31,458 bases of DNA from a virus (lineage: Duplodnaviria > Caudoviricetes). Made by a program: the position numbers and the translations under genes. The stretch lies in IMG/VR virus record IMGVR_UViG_3300037605_000008, positions 1-31,458 of that record; one strand, 5' to 3'. This document shows positions 8,694-19,124 of the stretch, in pieces (the stretch's first letter is position 1; every line of letters starts with the position of its first letter). Below the pieces are notes generated by a model. The model was given only the letters and a program-made list of their open reading frames with translations, did no database searches and was not told where the DNA came from.

Positions 8694-10662
8694 TTCTTAT
8701 TTCAATTAATTCTATTTGGTACACACCCTGTTTATCATTATAATTAAATTTATCAATACCAAATTCTTTACTATCGATATTAACAACAGATAAAATATCA
8801 AAACCAGTATCATTAATTACTTTCAGATTACCAGTTATATATTGCTGTTGTCTTCCAAATTGATTTAAGTTCTGATTGATTAAATATTCGTATATTCTTA
8901 AATCTTCATTTCTAAATGCAGTATAATCTACGGTTCTTCTATTAATACCTTTTCCAATTGAATTACCTGAACTATTTACAAGTGTATAAGTATATTTAGA
9001 TTCATCTATATCTGTATAGAAATATTCTTGATCCCTATTTAGATTATAATTGAATACATTTCTATCAGTTCTACCCTCATATCTTTCTTCTTCAATACCT
9101 ATTCTATCAATGTTTAAAAATTCGATATCTGATATAAATACATTTACACCTTCAATACTTCTAGTATTTGATGATGAAAGTAATGATGAATCAGTATATA
9201 CATATGGATGAAAAAACTTTATTTCTAATTGATTTTCACCATTCTTTAATGGTATATCAATAACATAATCATAACCAGATATTAATTGATCTATACCCAA
9301 TGAATCTATACCAGAAGTACCATTAACTTCTATATAAGCTGGAAATGTAGTATAAGTATAATTACCATTTCTACCAGTATTCAAATAATAGGTAGTACCA
9401 CCAACAATTGTATTTATTTGATAATAAAATCTAATTTCTGTATTTGCTTCTATTTCTTTAATATCCTCTTCTAACTGTATTTTTTCAGAAGTAGTAAGTG
9501 AATTAAATTCAGTATCTGTAATACCATAATCAAATTCAAATCTTATTTTATATTTTAATCTGTACTTTCTATTAAAATCATTAAATGGATTATCAATGTT
9601 TATTTTATCGGTAAATATTGAAACATCCTTATAACTTTTATTTGGATCTGGATCAGTCCTGGTTACAGGTTCATCAGCAAATGAGTTAAATATAATTACA
9701 CCATCATCATTTAATGGATTATTGGCAGAAGTAAAAGGTGATAAAACTTCAATATTATTAAAATTATTACTTGATAGATAACTTGGATCTTGATCATACC
9801 TATGAAAAACTTCTATTTTTTTTAGTGAATCCCAAAAGGTAATTAATTTACTTTTATCAATCCAATAATGATTTGAATCAATTGTTTTATTATTTGATAT
9901 TGTTGAAGCTGTAGATGTAAAAAAATTATATACAACAGGATTTTTTAAATAAGAAAAATTATAAACTAATAATTTATTCTTATAATTGGCAAATGTAAAA
10001 TTAAATGTTTGACCTATTCTGATTAAAATATCATATAGATTTAATGGATTATTCGAATTATCAAACAAAGAATCTTTATTGATATGTACAACATTCAAAA
10101 AATAATTACTAATACTCTGATTATGTCTAACAAAATCAAAGAATAATACATCAGTATCTTCATCAATAAATGCAAATAAATTAAAAGAGATTGCATAAAA
10201 TAATTCATATAGACTAATTTCATTTGCAGATAGTTGTGGTAAATCTTCAATAGTATAGATTCTTAATCTAGATATTGCATCATAAAATTTCAAAGAAATA
10301 AATGGATTGTTGTTATCATCACCTTCTTGATATTGTTCTTGGAGTATATAACCAGACCAGATTAAATTACCATTCCTGCTATATTCTAAAATAATATTAT
10401 TTTCATCTTCTATTTCAATAAAATCATTTATAATAGCTGAAGTTCTTTTAACATTGATAGTAGCATAAGATGATTTTAGAGTATCAAAAGGATTTTCATC
10501 ATTTGATTCATATACTAATTCAAATGGAGATTCAGAACCAATTAATTCAATTATTGATCCTGTATAATCTTTAAATTTAATATCTATTCTTGTAGCATAA
10601 TTACCCCTTGATTGATATTCCAATCTGTATTTTACACCATAGTTAATTAATCCTATTGCCAT
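8683..10662 (-). CDS. Distal tail / baseplate hub-like structural protein
   Basis: Directly after the tape measure gene; YRLEY..., LIWSGYI and LKFYDAISRL N-terminus resembles that of post-tape-measure proteins in Bacteroidota siphoviruses. Confidence 0.65.
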   Translation of the reverse strand: MAIGLINYGVKYRLEYQSRGNYATRIDIKFKDYTGSIIELIGSESPFELVYESNDENPFDTLKSSYATINVKRTSAIINDFIEIEDENNIILEYSRNGNLIWSGYILQEQYQEGDDNNNPFISLKFYDAISRLRIYTIEDLPQLSANEISLYELFYAISFNLFAFIDEDTDVLFFDFVRHNQSISNYFLNVVHINKDSLFDNSNNPLNLYDILIRIGQTFNFTFANYKNKLLVYNFSYLKNPVVYNFFTSTASTISNNKTIDSNHYWIDKSKLITFWDSLKKIEVFHRYDQDPSYLSSNNFNNIEVLSPFTSANNPLNDDGVIIFNSFADEPVTRTDPDPNKSYKDVSIFTDKINIDNPFNDFNRKYRLKYKIRFEFDYGITDTEFNSLTTSEKIQLEEDIKEIEANTEIRFYYQINTIVGGTTYYLNTGRNGNYTYTTFPAYIEVNGTSGIDSLGIDQLISGYDYVIDIPLKNGENQLEIKFFHPYVYTDSSLLSSSNTRSIEGVNVFISDIEFLNIDRIGIEEERYEGRTDRNVFNYNLNRDQEYFYTDIDESKYTYTLVNSSGNSIGKGINRRTVDYTAFRNEDLRIYEYLINQNLNQFGRQQQYITGNLKVINDTGFDILSVVNIDSKEFGIDKFNYNDKQGVYQIELIEIRNEL

Positions 10663-10670
10663 ATATTGTT

Positions 10671-10699
10671 TAATTATTATTAATAATAATAAATGTGAC
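10671..10699 (-). promoter_or_regulatory. Putative late promoter (GTCACA motif, copy 1)
   Basis: GTCACA-N16-ATAATTA on the minus strand, between a terminator and 8683..10662. Confidence 0.55.
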
Positions 10700-10700
10700 T

Positions 10701-10730
10701 AAAAAAATAAAGTGCAACTATTGTTACACT
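10701..10730 (-). terminator. Rho-independent terminator after the tape measure gene
   Basis: AGTGTAAC-AATA-GTTGCACT followed by TTATTTTTTT. Confidence 0.8.
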
Positions 10731-10757
10731 CTATAAAAATAAACCAACTATGAAATT

Positions 10758-13538
10758 TTAAAATCTTCTTTTGAATCTGTTGTAATTATCCAATACCCCT
10801 ACAAGTTTATCACCCTTAATTTCAAATTCTACTTTTCCAATACCCCTTGAATTAAGGAAATTATTATTAAATCCTTGTGTATCTCTATTAGTAGCAAAAG
10901 TATTACTACCTGCACCACCACCACCAACTGCACTATTTATATTAGATGCAAATGCACTCATAGCACCACCCACTGCAATTAATGCAAGTGAAGCACCTAT
11001 ACCTATTGCAGGATTTAAAAAAGCACCTTGTATTTTTTGTGCAAATTTGGCATAAACCAGACCCATTTTACCCATCTGAACCAAAAACTTTCCAAATGAT
11101 CCAAGTATTCCAGATGCAAATTGATTAATACCATTCTTACCTTGAACAATTAAAGCACCGAAACCTTCAGCAAATTGTGTAGTAATATCAAGTTTAAAAT
11201 TTTGTATCATATTCTGCCAACTCTGGATGAACTGATTATTGAAATTAGATTGATCTTGTGCCATTTGTGCATATACGGCTTTATTATTATTTGCCATATT
11301 CATATTAGCATCAAATAAAGCTTGATTTCTTGCTTCCATTTGTGCCTTAAAATTAGCATTGATACCTAATAAATCTTGTGCTGTAGTACCTTGAGTTACA
11401 TCTACAGTAATACCAGATCTATTAAATGATAATTCATCTAACTTACTTGCAAATTCCTGTAGATTCTTTGTATCTAAAGCTTGATCATACTGTTTTTTTA
11501 CATTAATAAATTCATCTGATAATGGTGATATACCAGTCATTCTTAAATCAATCAATGCACTTTTTAGTGTGGATATCCTAGCATCTATATTATCAAAGTT
11601 AGAATCAACTTCTTTTGTAACAGATATTCTTTTTAATTCTTGATTTAATGATTCAAATATTTTCTTTACAGATTCTGCTGTATCACCCAATCCATTTACA
11701 TTATTATTTAATGGTTCTAATTCTTGATTAGCTATTTGATTTAATAATTCTTTTAGGGTGTTTAATTCAGCTTCTGCACCTGCTGTAGCTTCACCAGCTT
11801 CACCCATTACTGCACCAAATTTTTCTGCACTCTTTTCTGCTAGTCTATATGCTGTAGATGCTGCATTACCAAAACCCATTACATAAGATGTGAATTTTTC
11901 CCAAAGGGTTAATTCCATAGCTTTCTTTGCAGTCAATTGTGCTAATGCTTTCTGTTGTTTAATCGATGCTTCAAGATCTAATATCTTAGCTTGTGTAGAT
12001 GCTATAATTCTTTTTCTTTCTTCTTCAGATAGCTTGTTAAAATCTTTTACTTTGGTATTTAATTTTTGTGTTTCTTCTGTAGCCTGTTTTTTAATTGAAT
12101 TAGATTGTTTAGTAATAGTAGTTAATTCTGCTGTTACCCTTTTATTCTTTTCTGAATTCTTATTAAAGTATTCACCAGCTTTATAAATACCATATAATGC
12201 AGCTATTGTAGCAGTAATTGGTAATATAGAACTTGCTACTGCTGTACCAAAAGATGAAGCAGCTAATGCAGATGCTTTATAAGTTACTGCTAATACTTTT
12301 AATCTTGCTACACTAGCAATATATAGTGTAGTTAATTTACCCACAGCAAAAATAATAGGTGGTAAAACAGCAGCAAACATACCAAAAGTAACTATACCCC
12401 TTTGTACCCCCTTATCCAAGCTGTTAATATATTGTGCAGTACCTTGAATTATATTTGCAAATGTATTTATGGTAGGTGCTAAATTATCTCCAATAATGAT
12501 TTGAATAGATTCTAATGAAGAATTTAATTTTCTTAAAGATCCACCCAATCCAGATTCCATTTCATCAGCCATTTTTGATGCAGAACCTGTAGCATTATTT
12601 AATAACTCTTGATATCTTCTTAATTCTTTTGTACCAGAATTCAATACTATATTAACTGCTCTAATTGATCTTTCTTCAAATAAAGCACCTAAAGCAGCAT
12701 CTCTTTGGGCTTGTGTCATTCCTTTAGTAGCACCCTCAATATCTGATAATATATCTACAGTACTTCTCATAGTACCATTAGAATCATAGATAGCTACAGC
12801 AGTATTACCAATTGATATTGCACCATCTCTAGAATTAGATATCAGATCTTTTAGCATAGCATTTAATGCAGTACCTGCCATTGATCCCTTGAATCCGTTA
12901 TTAGCTAAAACAGCTAATAGTGTTGATGTATCTTCAATGCTCTGGTTAGCAGATGCAAAATTAGGTGCAACATATTTAAATGCTTCTCCTAGCTGTAATA
13001 CATTTGTATTGGCCTTAGCTTGTGTTAATGCAAATAAATCCGATACCCTTGAAGCGTTTTGTGCTTGGATACCATATGCACTCATTGTATCAGTCACAAT
13101 ATCAGATGCTGAAGCTAAATCTGTAGCAGATGCAGCAGCTAATGAAAGTATTGCAGGTGTAGCAGCTAAAGTTTGATTAGTATTAAATCCTGCCAAAGCC
13201 ATAAAACCCATAGCATCCGCAACCTGTGAAGCTGAAAACCTTGTAGAAGATCCTAATTCCTGTGCTTTACTTTCTAACCTTTCAAATTCATCACCAGTAG
13301 CACTTGATAATGCTTTTACCTTTAACATTGAATCTGAAAATCTAGCAGTAGTTTGTGTTGCTATATAACCTATAGCAGCCAAAGGTGCTGAAACCCTAAG
13401 TGATAATGAAGAACCTATATTTTCTAAATTCCTTCCAAATGTTTTTATTCTTTTTTCAGAATCACTTAATGCATTTGTTAACTGTCTATTATTAGCACCT
13501 AAAAGTACATTTAAATATGCTATTGTTTTACCTGCCAT
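10758..13538 (-). CDS. Tail tape measure protein (TP901 family)
   Basis: ELGSSTRFSASQVADAM, LGEAFKYVAP, GFKGSMAGTAL; Ala-rich and helical; 926 aa. Confidence 0.95.
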   Translation of the reverse strand: MAGKTIAYLNVLLGANNRQLTNALSDSEKRIKTFGRNLENIGSSLSLRVSAPLAAIGYIATQTTARFSDSMLKVKALSSATGDEFERLESKAQELGSSTRFSASQVADAMGFMALAGFNTNQTLAATPAILSLAAASATDLASASDIVTDTMSAYGIQAQNASRVSDLFALTQAKANTNVLQLGEAFKYVAPNFASANQSIEDTSTLLAVLANNGFKGSMAGTALNAMLKDLISNSRDGAISIGNTAVAIYDSNGTMRSTVDILSDIEGATKGMTQAQRDAALGALFEERSIRAVNIVLNSGTKELRRYQELLNNATGSASKMADEMESGLGGSLRKLNSSLESIQIIIGDNLAPTINTFANIIQGTAQYINSLDKGVQRGIVTFGMFAAVLPPIIFAVGKLTTLYIASVARLKVLAVTYKASALAASSFGTAVASSILPITATIAALYGIYKAGEYFNKNSEKNKRVTAELTTITKQSNSIKKQATEETQKLNTKVKDFNKLSEEERKRIIASTQAKILDLEASIKQQKALAQLTAKKAMELTLWEKFTSYVMGFGNAASTAYRLAEKSAEKFGAVMGEAGEATAGAEAELNTLKELLNQIANQELEPLNNNVNGLGDTAESVKKIFESLNQELKRISVTKEVDSNFDNIDARISTLKSALIDLRMTGISPLSDEFINVKKQYDQALDTKNLQEFASKLDELSFNRSGITVDVTQGTTAQDLLGINANFKAQMEARNQALFDANMNMANNNKAVYAQMAQDQSNFNNQFIQSWQNMIQNFKLDITTQFAEGFGALIVQGKNGINQFASGILGSFGKFLVQMGKMGLVYAKFAQKIQGAFLNPAIGIGASLALIAVGGAMSAFASNINSAVGGGGAGSNTFATNRDTQGFNNNFLNSRGIGKVEFEIKGDKLVGVLDNYNRFKRRF

Positions 13539-13550
13539 TTAAAAAATATA

Positions 13551-13866
13551 TTACTCTCTTTTGGGTTCACCATAGATATCAAACATACTTTGCAGTTGTT
13601 CTTTATTCATCAGTGGTTTTTCAACATCCCAATTAAACTTATATAATTGTGATGGTTTTTTAATCTTGTTATTATGTACCCCCACAATATGATAATTAAT
13701 CAATCTGTTTTCTTCAAGCTGTAATTTTAAATTAGTCTCTTGATAGCTTTCAAATTGATTAATAATACTTAATAATTCCTTATCTTCTAGATTCCAAAAA
13801 TCATTATATGATACACCGATTACACCGACTACATAACCAAATACATCATAAATATTAATTATTCCT
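13551..13866 (-). CDS. gpT-like C-terminal part of the tail assembly chaperone, reached by -1 frameshift
   Basis: Open -1 frame GIINIYDVFGYVVGVIGVSYNDFWNLEDKELL...YGEPKRE* after the slippery A AAA AAG; absent from the ORF track. Confidence 0.8.
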
Positions 13867-14191
13867 TTTTTTTTGTATCATCAGTAGATACTTCACCTTC
13901 ATCACCAATACCAAAAAATTCTTTGAATAATATTTTATTATCTTTGTATAGTAATTCAGGATCTTTTTGTTCCATCTTATCTATCAATTCATAATAATCC
14001 ACTACATCAAGTGGACAATCAATTCTTGTATAAAAATAATGTGCAACAATACAAGAATAAATATATTCTAATATATCACTTGCTAAAGCTGGATTATAGG
14101 ATCTTTTATTTCTTTCTTCAAAATCTTTATATGCATAAGCAGATTTTCTAAATCCAAACTTTTTATTTAAAAGTTTTATTTCTTTTTTCAT
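13859..14191 (-). CDS. Tail assembly chaperone (gpG-like)
   Basis: Lies between tail tube and tape measure genes; ends ACA AAA AAA AAG GAA TAA. Confidence 0.8.
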   Translation of the reverse strand: MKKEIKLLNKKFGFRKSAYAYKDFEERNKRSYNPALASDILEYIYSCIVAHYFYTRIDCPLDVVDYYELIDKMEQKDPELLYKDNKILFKEFFGIGDEGEVSTDDTKKKE

Positions 14192-14203
14192 AGTCTATTT
14201 ATT

Positions 14204-14234
14204 TTTAAAAATAAGGGTGAAATTAATCACCCTT
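14204..14234 (-). terminator. Terminator after the tail tube gene
   Basis: AAGGGTGA/TCACCCTT 8-bp stem (14213-14234) followed by ATTTTT on the minus strand. Confidence 0.7.
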
Positions 14235-14237
14235 TAA

Positions 14238-14672
14238 TTAATTTGCGGCTCCTACTTCAACCAAACTTAATCCACCAGTACCTTGAATTTCTGCACTGTA
14301 TGTTACAGCCTCATTTTTAGATGCATCTATTTCAACACTCATTATATATCCATCACCTTCATATACAGTCTGTGTATCAACATTATAACCAAATCTAAAT
14401 TTGATCTTTTCACCACTCATTAAACTAGATATTTTATCATCAACACCGCTATCTGCTCTTTGAATACCTTCAACACTGAATGAATATGTATATTCACCAG
14501 CACCATCAAATTCTTTAACAAAATTACCAAGTGCATCAACACTATCTTTTGTTGTTATTTCAATTGCATCTTTGGAGATAGAAAAGTTAGAACTTACTTC
14601 ACCACCAAATTTATCATATGTACCACTATTATCAACATATAATGCTACAAAATTTCCTATACTTAAACTCAT
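14238..14672 (-). CDS. Major tail tube protein
   Basis: DAIEITTKDS, YSFSVEG, YEGDGYIMSVEIDA, VTYSAEIQGTG. Confidence 0.9.
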   Translation of the reverse strand: MSLSIGNFVALYVDNSGTYDKFGGEVSSNFSISKDAIEITTKDSVDALGNFVKEFDGAGEYTYSFSVEGIQRADSGVDDKISSLMSGEKIKFRFGYNVDTQTVYEGDGYIMSVEIDASKNEAVTYSAEIQGTGGLSLVEVGAAN

Positions 14673-14702
14673 ATTTTAAAAAATTTATTTATTTATTATT
14701 AT

Positions 14703-15092
14703 TTATTTGTTTATAAAATGTGCCATCAATACAATAGTTTTATTATAAAGTTGTGCATCATTTTTATAATCTTCTTTGATTGTAATAAAATTAAAATCAC
14801 AAAAAGTATTATCATCTGTAAATGTATAATTTTCAAATATTGATCTTATAGCATCTACTAATATTGTTATATCTTTATATTTATCTGTAAATAAATCTAT
14901 CTCAATTGTATAATCATCAAAAATACTTAATTCTTTTTTTCCTGAATTAGGACTAATATCAGTAATTATATATGTAACAAATGGTACAGATTTATTTTGT
15001 GCAGCCCTTATAGGAAATACAGAATCATTAACAATACTAAATACTGTTTGATCTGATATGATTTGATTATATACTATTTCAGCTACATTCAT
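14703..15092 (-). CDS. Tail terminator/completion protein (DUF3168-like)
   Basis: VFPIRAAQNKSVPFVTY motif; canonical position. Confidence 0.8.
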   Translation of the reverse strand: MNVAEIVYNQIISDQTVFSIVNDSVFPIRAAQNKSVPFVTYIITDISPNSGKKELSIFDDYTIEIDLFTDKYKDITILVDAIRSIFENYTFTDDNTFCDFNFITIKEDYKNDAQLYNKTIVLMAHFINK

Positions 15093-15550
15093 AAATTATT
15101 AATTTCCTTTTTTATTTCTTCTTGAAATACTCTTATTGCTTCATCTTTAGATGATTCATATCCCCTTTCAAAAAAGTTATTAGCTGGCATAGCACCAGTT
15201 TTTTCTGTATAAAAGTAACTTCCATTCAATAGGCTAATAATAGTAGGTTTTTTTAAATACCTTTCTTCAGTACCAAATTCTACTAAATGAGCGTGTGGTG
15301 CTATACTTGCATCTGCACCTACCCTAATTAATGCACCACCTTTAGATGAGATAGATCTATCTGCAAATACTTTGATACTCTTCTTTAACAGTCCAGTTCT
15401 TTCTGGTGCTTCTTGTTTTACACTTCTTTTAATCTTTGTACCTGCTTTTCTCAATACTTTTTTCAAAACATTTGCAGCTACATTTCTTTGTAACTTTCGA
15501 AGCTTACCAATTAAATCTTCATTACCACTAACATCTATTTCAACTTCCAT
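15089..15550 (-). CDS. HK97 gp10-like tail component
   Basis: APERTGLLKKSI, HAHLVEFGT, MPANNFF. Confidence 0.9.
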   Translation of the reverse strand: MEVEIDVSGNEDLIGKLRKLQRNVAANVLKKVLRKAGTKIKRSVKQEAPERTGLLKKSIKVFADRSISSKGGALIRVGADASIAPHAHLVEFGTEERYLKKPTIISLLNGSYFYTEKTGAMPANNFFERGYESSKDEAIRVFQEEIKKEINNL

Positions 15551-15879
15551 TAAAATCTATCTTTAGAATAACAGTATAATTGTAAACCTTCTTGATAATT
15601 GATTTCTTTGATTCCTTCTATTTCAAATATTTCACCAGTATCTTCATCAATTATTCTAGATTCAGTAGTAATACCATCCATATAATAAATAGTATATACA
15701 GTATATTGTACAGCTACTTTTTGATTTGCTTCAAATTTTTCATTTCTAATAGACCTTTGAAATTTTTCTGCATATACAACATCAAGTACAGCCCATTCAA
15801 TACTTTCTTCACCATATGAATTTTTAACCTTTACAGGATTTTCTATTACTATTGATCTATTAAAATTACCTATAAACAT
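15550..15879 (-). CDS. Head closure / head-tail adaptor (SPP1 gp16-like)
   Basis: IGNFNRSIVIE...NSYGEESIEW...FEIEGI; canonical position. Confidence 0.85.
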   Translation of the reverse strand: MFIGNFNRSIVIENPVKVKNSYGEESIEWAVLDVVYAEKFQRSIRNEKFEANQKVAVQYTVYTIYYMDGITTESRIIDEDTGEIFEIEGIKEINYQEGLQLYCYSKDRF

Positions 15880-16406
15880 TAGAGTGTAACATATTTTTTA
15901 TAGGGTGCTAAAACCCTATTTATTAAATCATTATTAAATACTGATCTTCCAATTACTATTTCTTGCCTATTATTGAATAGATCACCAATAATTAAAAGTG
16001 CAGCTATTTTAAGTGCATCTGGTATTACATCAAAATCTGATTTAATATTAAATGTAACATCAATAGAATCAAATTCTTTAGTATTGTCTTCAAGTACAAT
16101 TGTATTATTAGATAGAGTAATACCAGATGCAACAATATCTACTACTTGATTATCTACTATGTATTCAATAGAATCTACAGATTCAATATTATATGTACCT
16201 AAAAAATAATGATCACCCTTTTTAAATGATCTTTTAGCCTTTACATCAAAAATAATTCTATCTATTGTTTCTTCTACCATAGAAGATGCAACAGGAATTA
16301 ATTCAAATAAATATTGATCTTCTCTATTATGATTGATTCTTAGATGCTTTTTTACCTCTTCCAGATTTAACAATCTTTTCTTCTGTAGGTTTTGGATTAT
16401 CTTCAT
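15879..16406 (-). CDS. Head-tail connector (HK97 gp6-like)
   Basis: LEEVKKHLRI...EDQYL, PDALKIAALLIIGDLFNNR, LAPYK; the true start may be the TTG just before LNLEEV. Confidence 0.88.
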   Translation of the reverse strand: MKIIQNLQKKRLLNLEEVKKHLRINHNREDQYLFELIPVASSMVEETIDRIIFDVKAKRSFKKGDHYFLGTYNIESVDSIEYIVDNQVVDIVASGITLSNNTIVLEDNTKEFDSIDVTFNIKSDFDVIPDALKIAALLIIGDLFNNRQEIVIGRSVFNNDLINRVLAPYKKYVTL

Positions 16407-16524
16407 TTACTATTTCAATCTCATTATAATCTTTAATCGCTTCTAATTGATCATCATCAACATCAATTACAATACCTGCCAAATAACCAGATACTTTACT
16501 TGGTTTAACTATTTTAATTTTCAT
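16327..16524 (-). CDS. Small hypothetical head-region protein
   Basis: 65 aa with a Lys-rich tail, typical of small genes between capsid and connector; 4-bp overlap with the upstream gene. Confidence 0.6.
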   Translation of the reverse strand: MKIKIVKPSKVSGYLAGIVIDVDDDQLEAIKDYNEIEIVNEDNPKPTEEKIVKSGRGKKASKNQS

Positions 16525-16967
16525 CTTTTTGATCTTATTTCTTTATATATCATTTGTGTTAATATTACCCCTTCACTAAAGGATAATTGACCATCAGATA
16601 ATGCTATATTTAATTCAGCAGAAAACAATACCCAAAAAGCTTTTCTACTCTCAGGATTTAAAGATTTTAAATGATCAATCAATTTAGCTATCAATTCAGC
16701 ATTTGAATTACTATCTTCACCAACCTTAGCAGCTAAAGAAACTTTAGCAATAACTACAGGTAATATTGATCTTAATCTATCAACAATTATATTATCTATT
16801 TCTGAAGGTATTAAATCAACTGCAATATCTACCAAATCAGATTCTATAATTGATTTCAATTTATCAGTTACTAATACTGCAACTTCTGCTGACTTTCTAA
16901 AATGATCTAACAAATTTCCTAATATAGATTTAACCCATACTACAATTTTTTTAAACAGGTTTTTCAT
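16521..16967 (-). CDS. Hypothetical protein (amphipathic, helical)
   Basis: 148-aa ORF in the late operon. Confidence 0.75.
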   Translation of the reverse strand: MKNLFKKIVVWVKSILGNLLDHFRKSAEVAVLVTDKLKSIIESDLVDIAVDLIPSEIDNIIVDRLRSILPVVIAKVSLAAKVGEDSNSNAELIAKLIDHLKSLNPESRKAFWVLFSAELNIALSDGQLSFSEGVILTQMIYKEIRSKR

Positions 16968-17112
16968 TATCTTCTTTTGATTCTTCTTTAATTTTTATTT
17001 CTTCACCAAGCTTATTTATACAATCTTGTATAGTCTTGATTTCTAGCTTTGAATAGATATTATTTACAATACCCTTTTGAAGTGCTTCCACTAATAGTTG
17101 TAATTCTTCCAT
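16951..17112 (-). CDS. Small hypothetical protein (53 aa, not in the ORF track)
   Basis: MEELQLLVEALQKGIVNNIYSKLEIKTIQDCINKLGEEIKIKEESKEDNEKPV*; fills the gap downstream of a GTCACA motif. Confidence 0.65.
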   Translation of the reverse strand: MEELQLLVEALQKGIVNNIYSKLEIKTIQDCINKLGEEIKIKEESKEDNEKPV

Positions 17113-17138
17113 ACTTATTTTTTTATGATTTATATTAA

Positions 17139-17166
17139 TATTTATCTGATTAAATTAAATTGTGAC
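17139..17166 (-). promoter_or_regulatory. Putative late promoter (GTCACA motif, copy 2)
   Basis: GTCACA-N15-ATAAATA immediately after the capsid terminator. Confidence 0.55.
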
Positions 17167-17200
17167 AAAAAAAAAGGTTGATAAATTAATATCAACCTTT
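17167..17200 (-). terminator. Terminator after the major capsid gene
   Basis: AAAGGTTGATA/TATCAACCTTT stem with a 9-T run on the minus strand. Confidence 0.85.
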
Positions 17201-17219
17201 AAGTATATACTATAAAAAT

Positions 17220-18455
17220 TTAAGCAATTATATCTTTTACTACACTTATACCTTCTGGATATCCGAAAGCGAAACCGTGGAAAGTATTAGAAGTAATTTT
17301 AGTCTTAGCTTGTGATGCAAGTGTATATGGATCTATTACTAATTCCATTGCACCAAAGTTACCTAAATATGTTTTAGTGAAGTCACCAAAAGCCATTGCA
17401 GATAAACCAGTACCAGTACCTTTAGTAAGGTTTGAAGGCATATAATTAGTAGCCTCATATTCAAAACCATCTACTAAATTATTTTCTAATACAAATGTAC
17501 CAGAACCTGCATCTTTTTTCAATTGCTTCAAAGAAGACCAAGTTTTGTAATTCATCAAGAATTTAGCTAATGCAATATCTTCAGATGATTCACCTACTTT
17601 AGTTATCATTTCAAGTACTTTAGCATAATCTAAAGCACCACCATTTGTATCTACTGCTACACCGATTGTACCAGCATTAGCTAATAACAATTCAACAAAT
17701 TTAGTATCAAGTGCTTTTCTAATTTTTCTTGATAATTCAGTTCTAACAATATTTTCAGCAGCACTTTGTACCAATAATTTATTAGAGATTGCATAAGGTG
17801 CAGCAAGTCTTGTTGGTCTTAATGGTACAGATCCTACTTGAAAATTAATATTAGATACAGTATCATTTTCATCAGCCCAAACAGCATCACCAGATGCAGA
17901 TTGTTTTGGCATATCAACATTATTTGTAAGATCATTTAAAACCTGTACACCAAGTTTTTCAATTAATGATCCTTCCATCATTTCATATAAAAACCCTACT
18001 TTATCAGTTTGTACTAACTGACCACCTTTAGCACCAGAATCACCACCTACAGAAAGATCTCTGGTAATGCTTGATGGAATAGCTACAGAAAATTCATTAG
18101 CCTGATATAGTCCAGAATTTCTTAATTCAGTTTCACCAGCTTCTTGAACTTCTTTGTATAAACCTTCAAGTTTTCCATTTCTAACTTGATTAATGTGATT
18201 TACCAATGAATACTTTTCATTACTCTTTTCAGTCTTGATAGCAGGTGCAGTTTTAGCCATTCTAGCCTTGTATGCTTCTTCTTTTTCTGCTACTTCAATT
18301 TGTGTATCTAGATTTCTGATTTCTTCATCTAGCTTATCAAAAGATCCTTTTTCTTCATCAGAAAAATTTCTATTTTCTTTATCTTTTAGATTAATCAAAC
18401 CTTCCATTTCCTGAAGTTTTTGATTTCTCAATTGTTTTAATTCGTTACTTTTCAT
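17220..18455 (-). CDS. Major capsid protein, HK97 fold with N-terminal delta domain
   Basis: Coiled-coil N-terminus, GGQLVQTD, AVWADE, FGDF, ELVIDPYT. Confidence 0.95.
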   Translation of the reverse strand: MKSNELKQLRNQKLQEMEGLINLKDKENRNFSDEEKGSFDKLDEEIRNLDTQIEVAEKEEAYKARMAKTAPAIKTEKSNEKYSLVNHINQVRNGKLEGLYKEVQEAGETELRNSGLYQANEFSVAIPSSITRDLSVGGDSGAKGGQLVQTDKVGFLYEMMEGSLIEKLGVQVLNDLTNNVDMPKQSASGDAVWADENDTVSNINFQVGSVPLRPTRLAAPYAISNKLLVQSAAENIVRTELSRKIRKALDTKFVELLLANAGTIGVAVDTNGGALDYAKVLEMITKVGESSEDIALAKFLMNYKTWSSLKQLKKDAGSGTFVLENNLVDGFEYEATNYMPSNLTKGTGTGLSAMAFGDFTKTYLGNFGAMELVIDPYTLASQAKTKITSNTFHGFAFGYPEGISVVKDIIA

Positions 18456-18480
18456 ATTAAAAATTTATTCAATTAATTAT

Positions 18481-18508
18481 TATTTATTTTAAAAAATGAT
18501 ATTGTGAC
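18481..18508 (-). promoter_or_regulatory. Putative late promoter (GTCACA motif, copy 3)
   Basis: GTCACA-N15-ATAAATA upstream of the capsid gene. Confidence 0.55.
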
Positions 18509-18512
18509 AATA

Positions 18513-19124
18513 TTACTTTTTATGTTTTAAAAATTTATATATATAATTTGAATTATCTACAGTTTCAACATCATTTGTTTCAACTTTATCTAATTCTTTT
18601 TTTGCATCTTCAAAAGATCTAACAGTACTAGAAGTATTATCATATGCAGGATTAGTTACAGGTGATACATCTACAATTTTTTTAAACTGTGTAATATATC
18701 TGTAATATTTATCATCTATTTTTTCCCACCTTTCACCACTTCCATCTGAAGGTAAATAAAACCCAAAAGAAGATTTGGTAATATTCTTTTTCTGAATGTT
18801 TTTATATAAATCTCTTACATATGAAATATCTTCATCAACTTCAAATTTATATTTCAATCCAATATCATCTACTTCTAATTCAAGTGTAGATACTTCACTA
18901 TTTAATCTTGCTAATACATAGTTCATTGAGTGATTGAATAAAGCTAATACATCACTCATATCTGTATTTTCATTAATTGATCTTGGTTCAATTATTTCTA
19001 CAAATCCCCCTAAATCTTTTGATTGATTATTGAATTTTAATGCATATCCTTCAATATACCTTTTATTATCTTCTTCTATTGCTCTAAATTCAATATTATC
19101 TATATACCTTATTTCTTTACTCAT
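18513..19124 (-). CDS. HK97-family prohead protease
   Basis: IEGYALKFN, LALFNH, SSFGF, DVSPVTNPAY. Confidence 0.95.
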   Translation of the reverse strand: MSKEIRYIDNIEFRAIEEDNKRYIEGYALKFNNQSKDLGGFVEIIEPRSINENTDMSDVLALFNHSMNYVLARLNSEVSTLELEVDDIGLKYKFEVDEDISYVRDLYKNIQKKNITKSSFGFYLPSDGSGERWEKIDDKYYRYITQFKKIVDVSPVTNPAYDNTSSTVRSFEDAKKELDKVETNDVETVDNSNYIYKFLKHKK

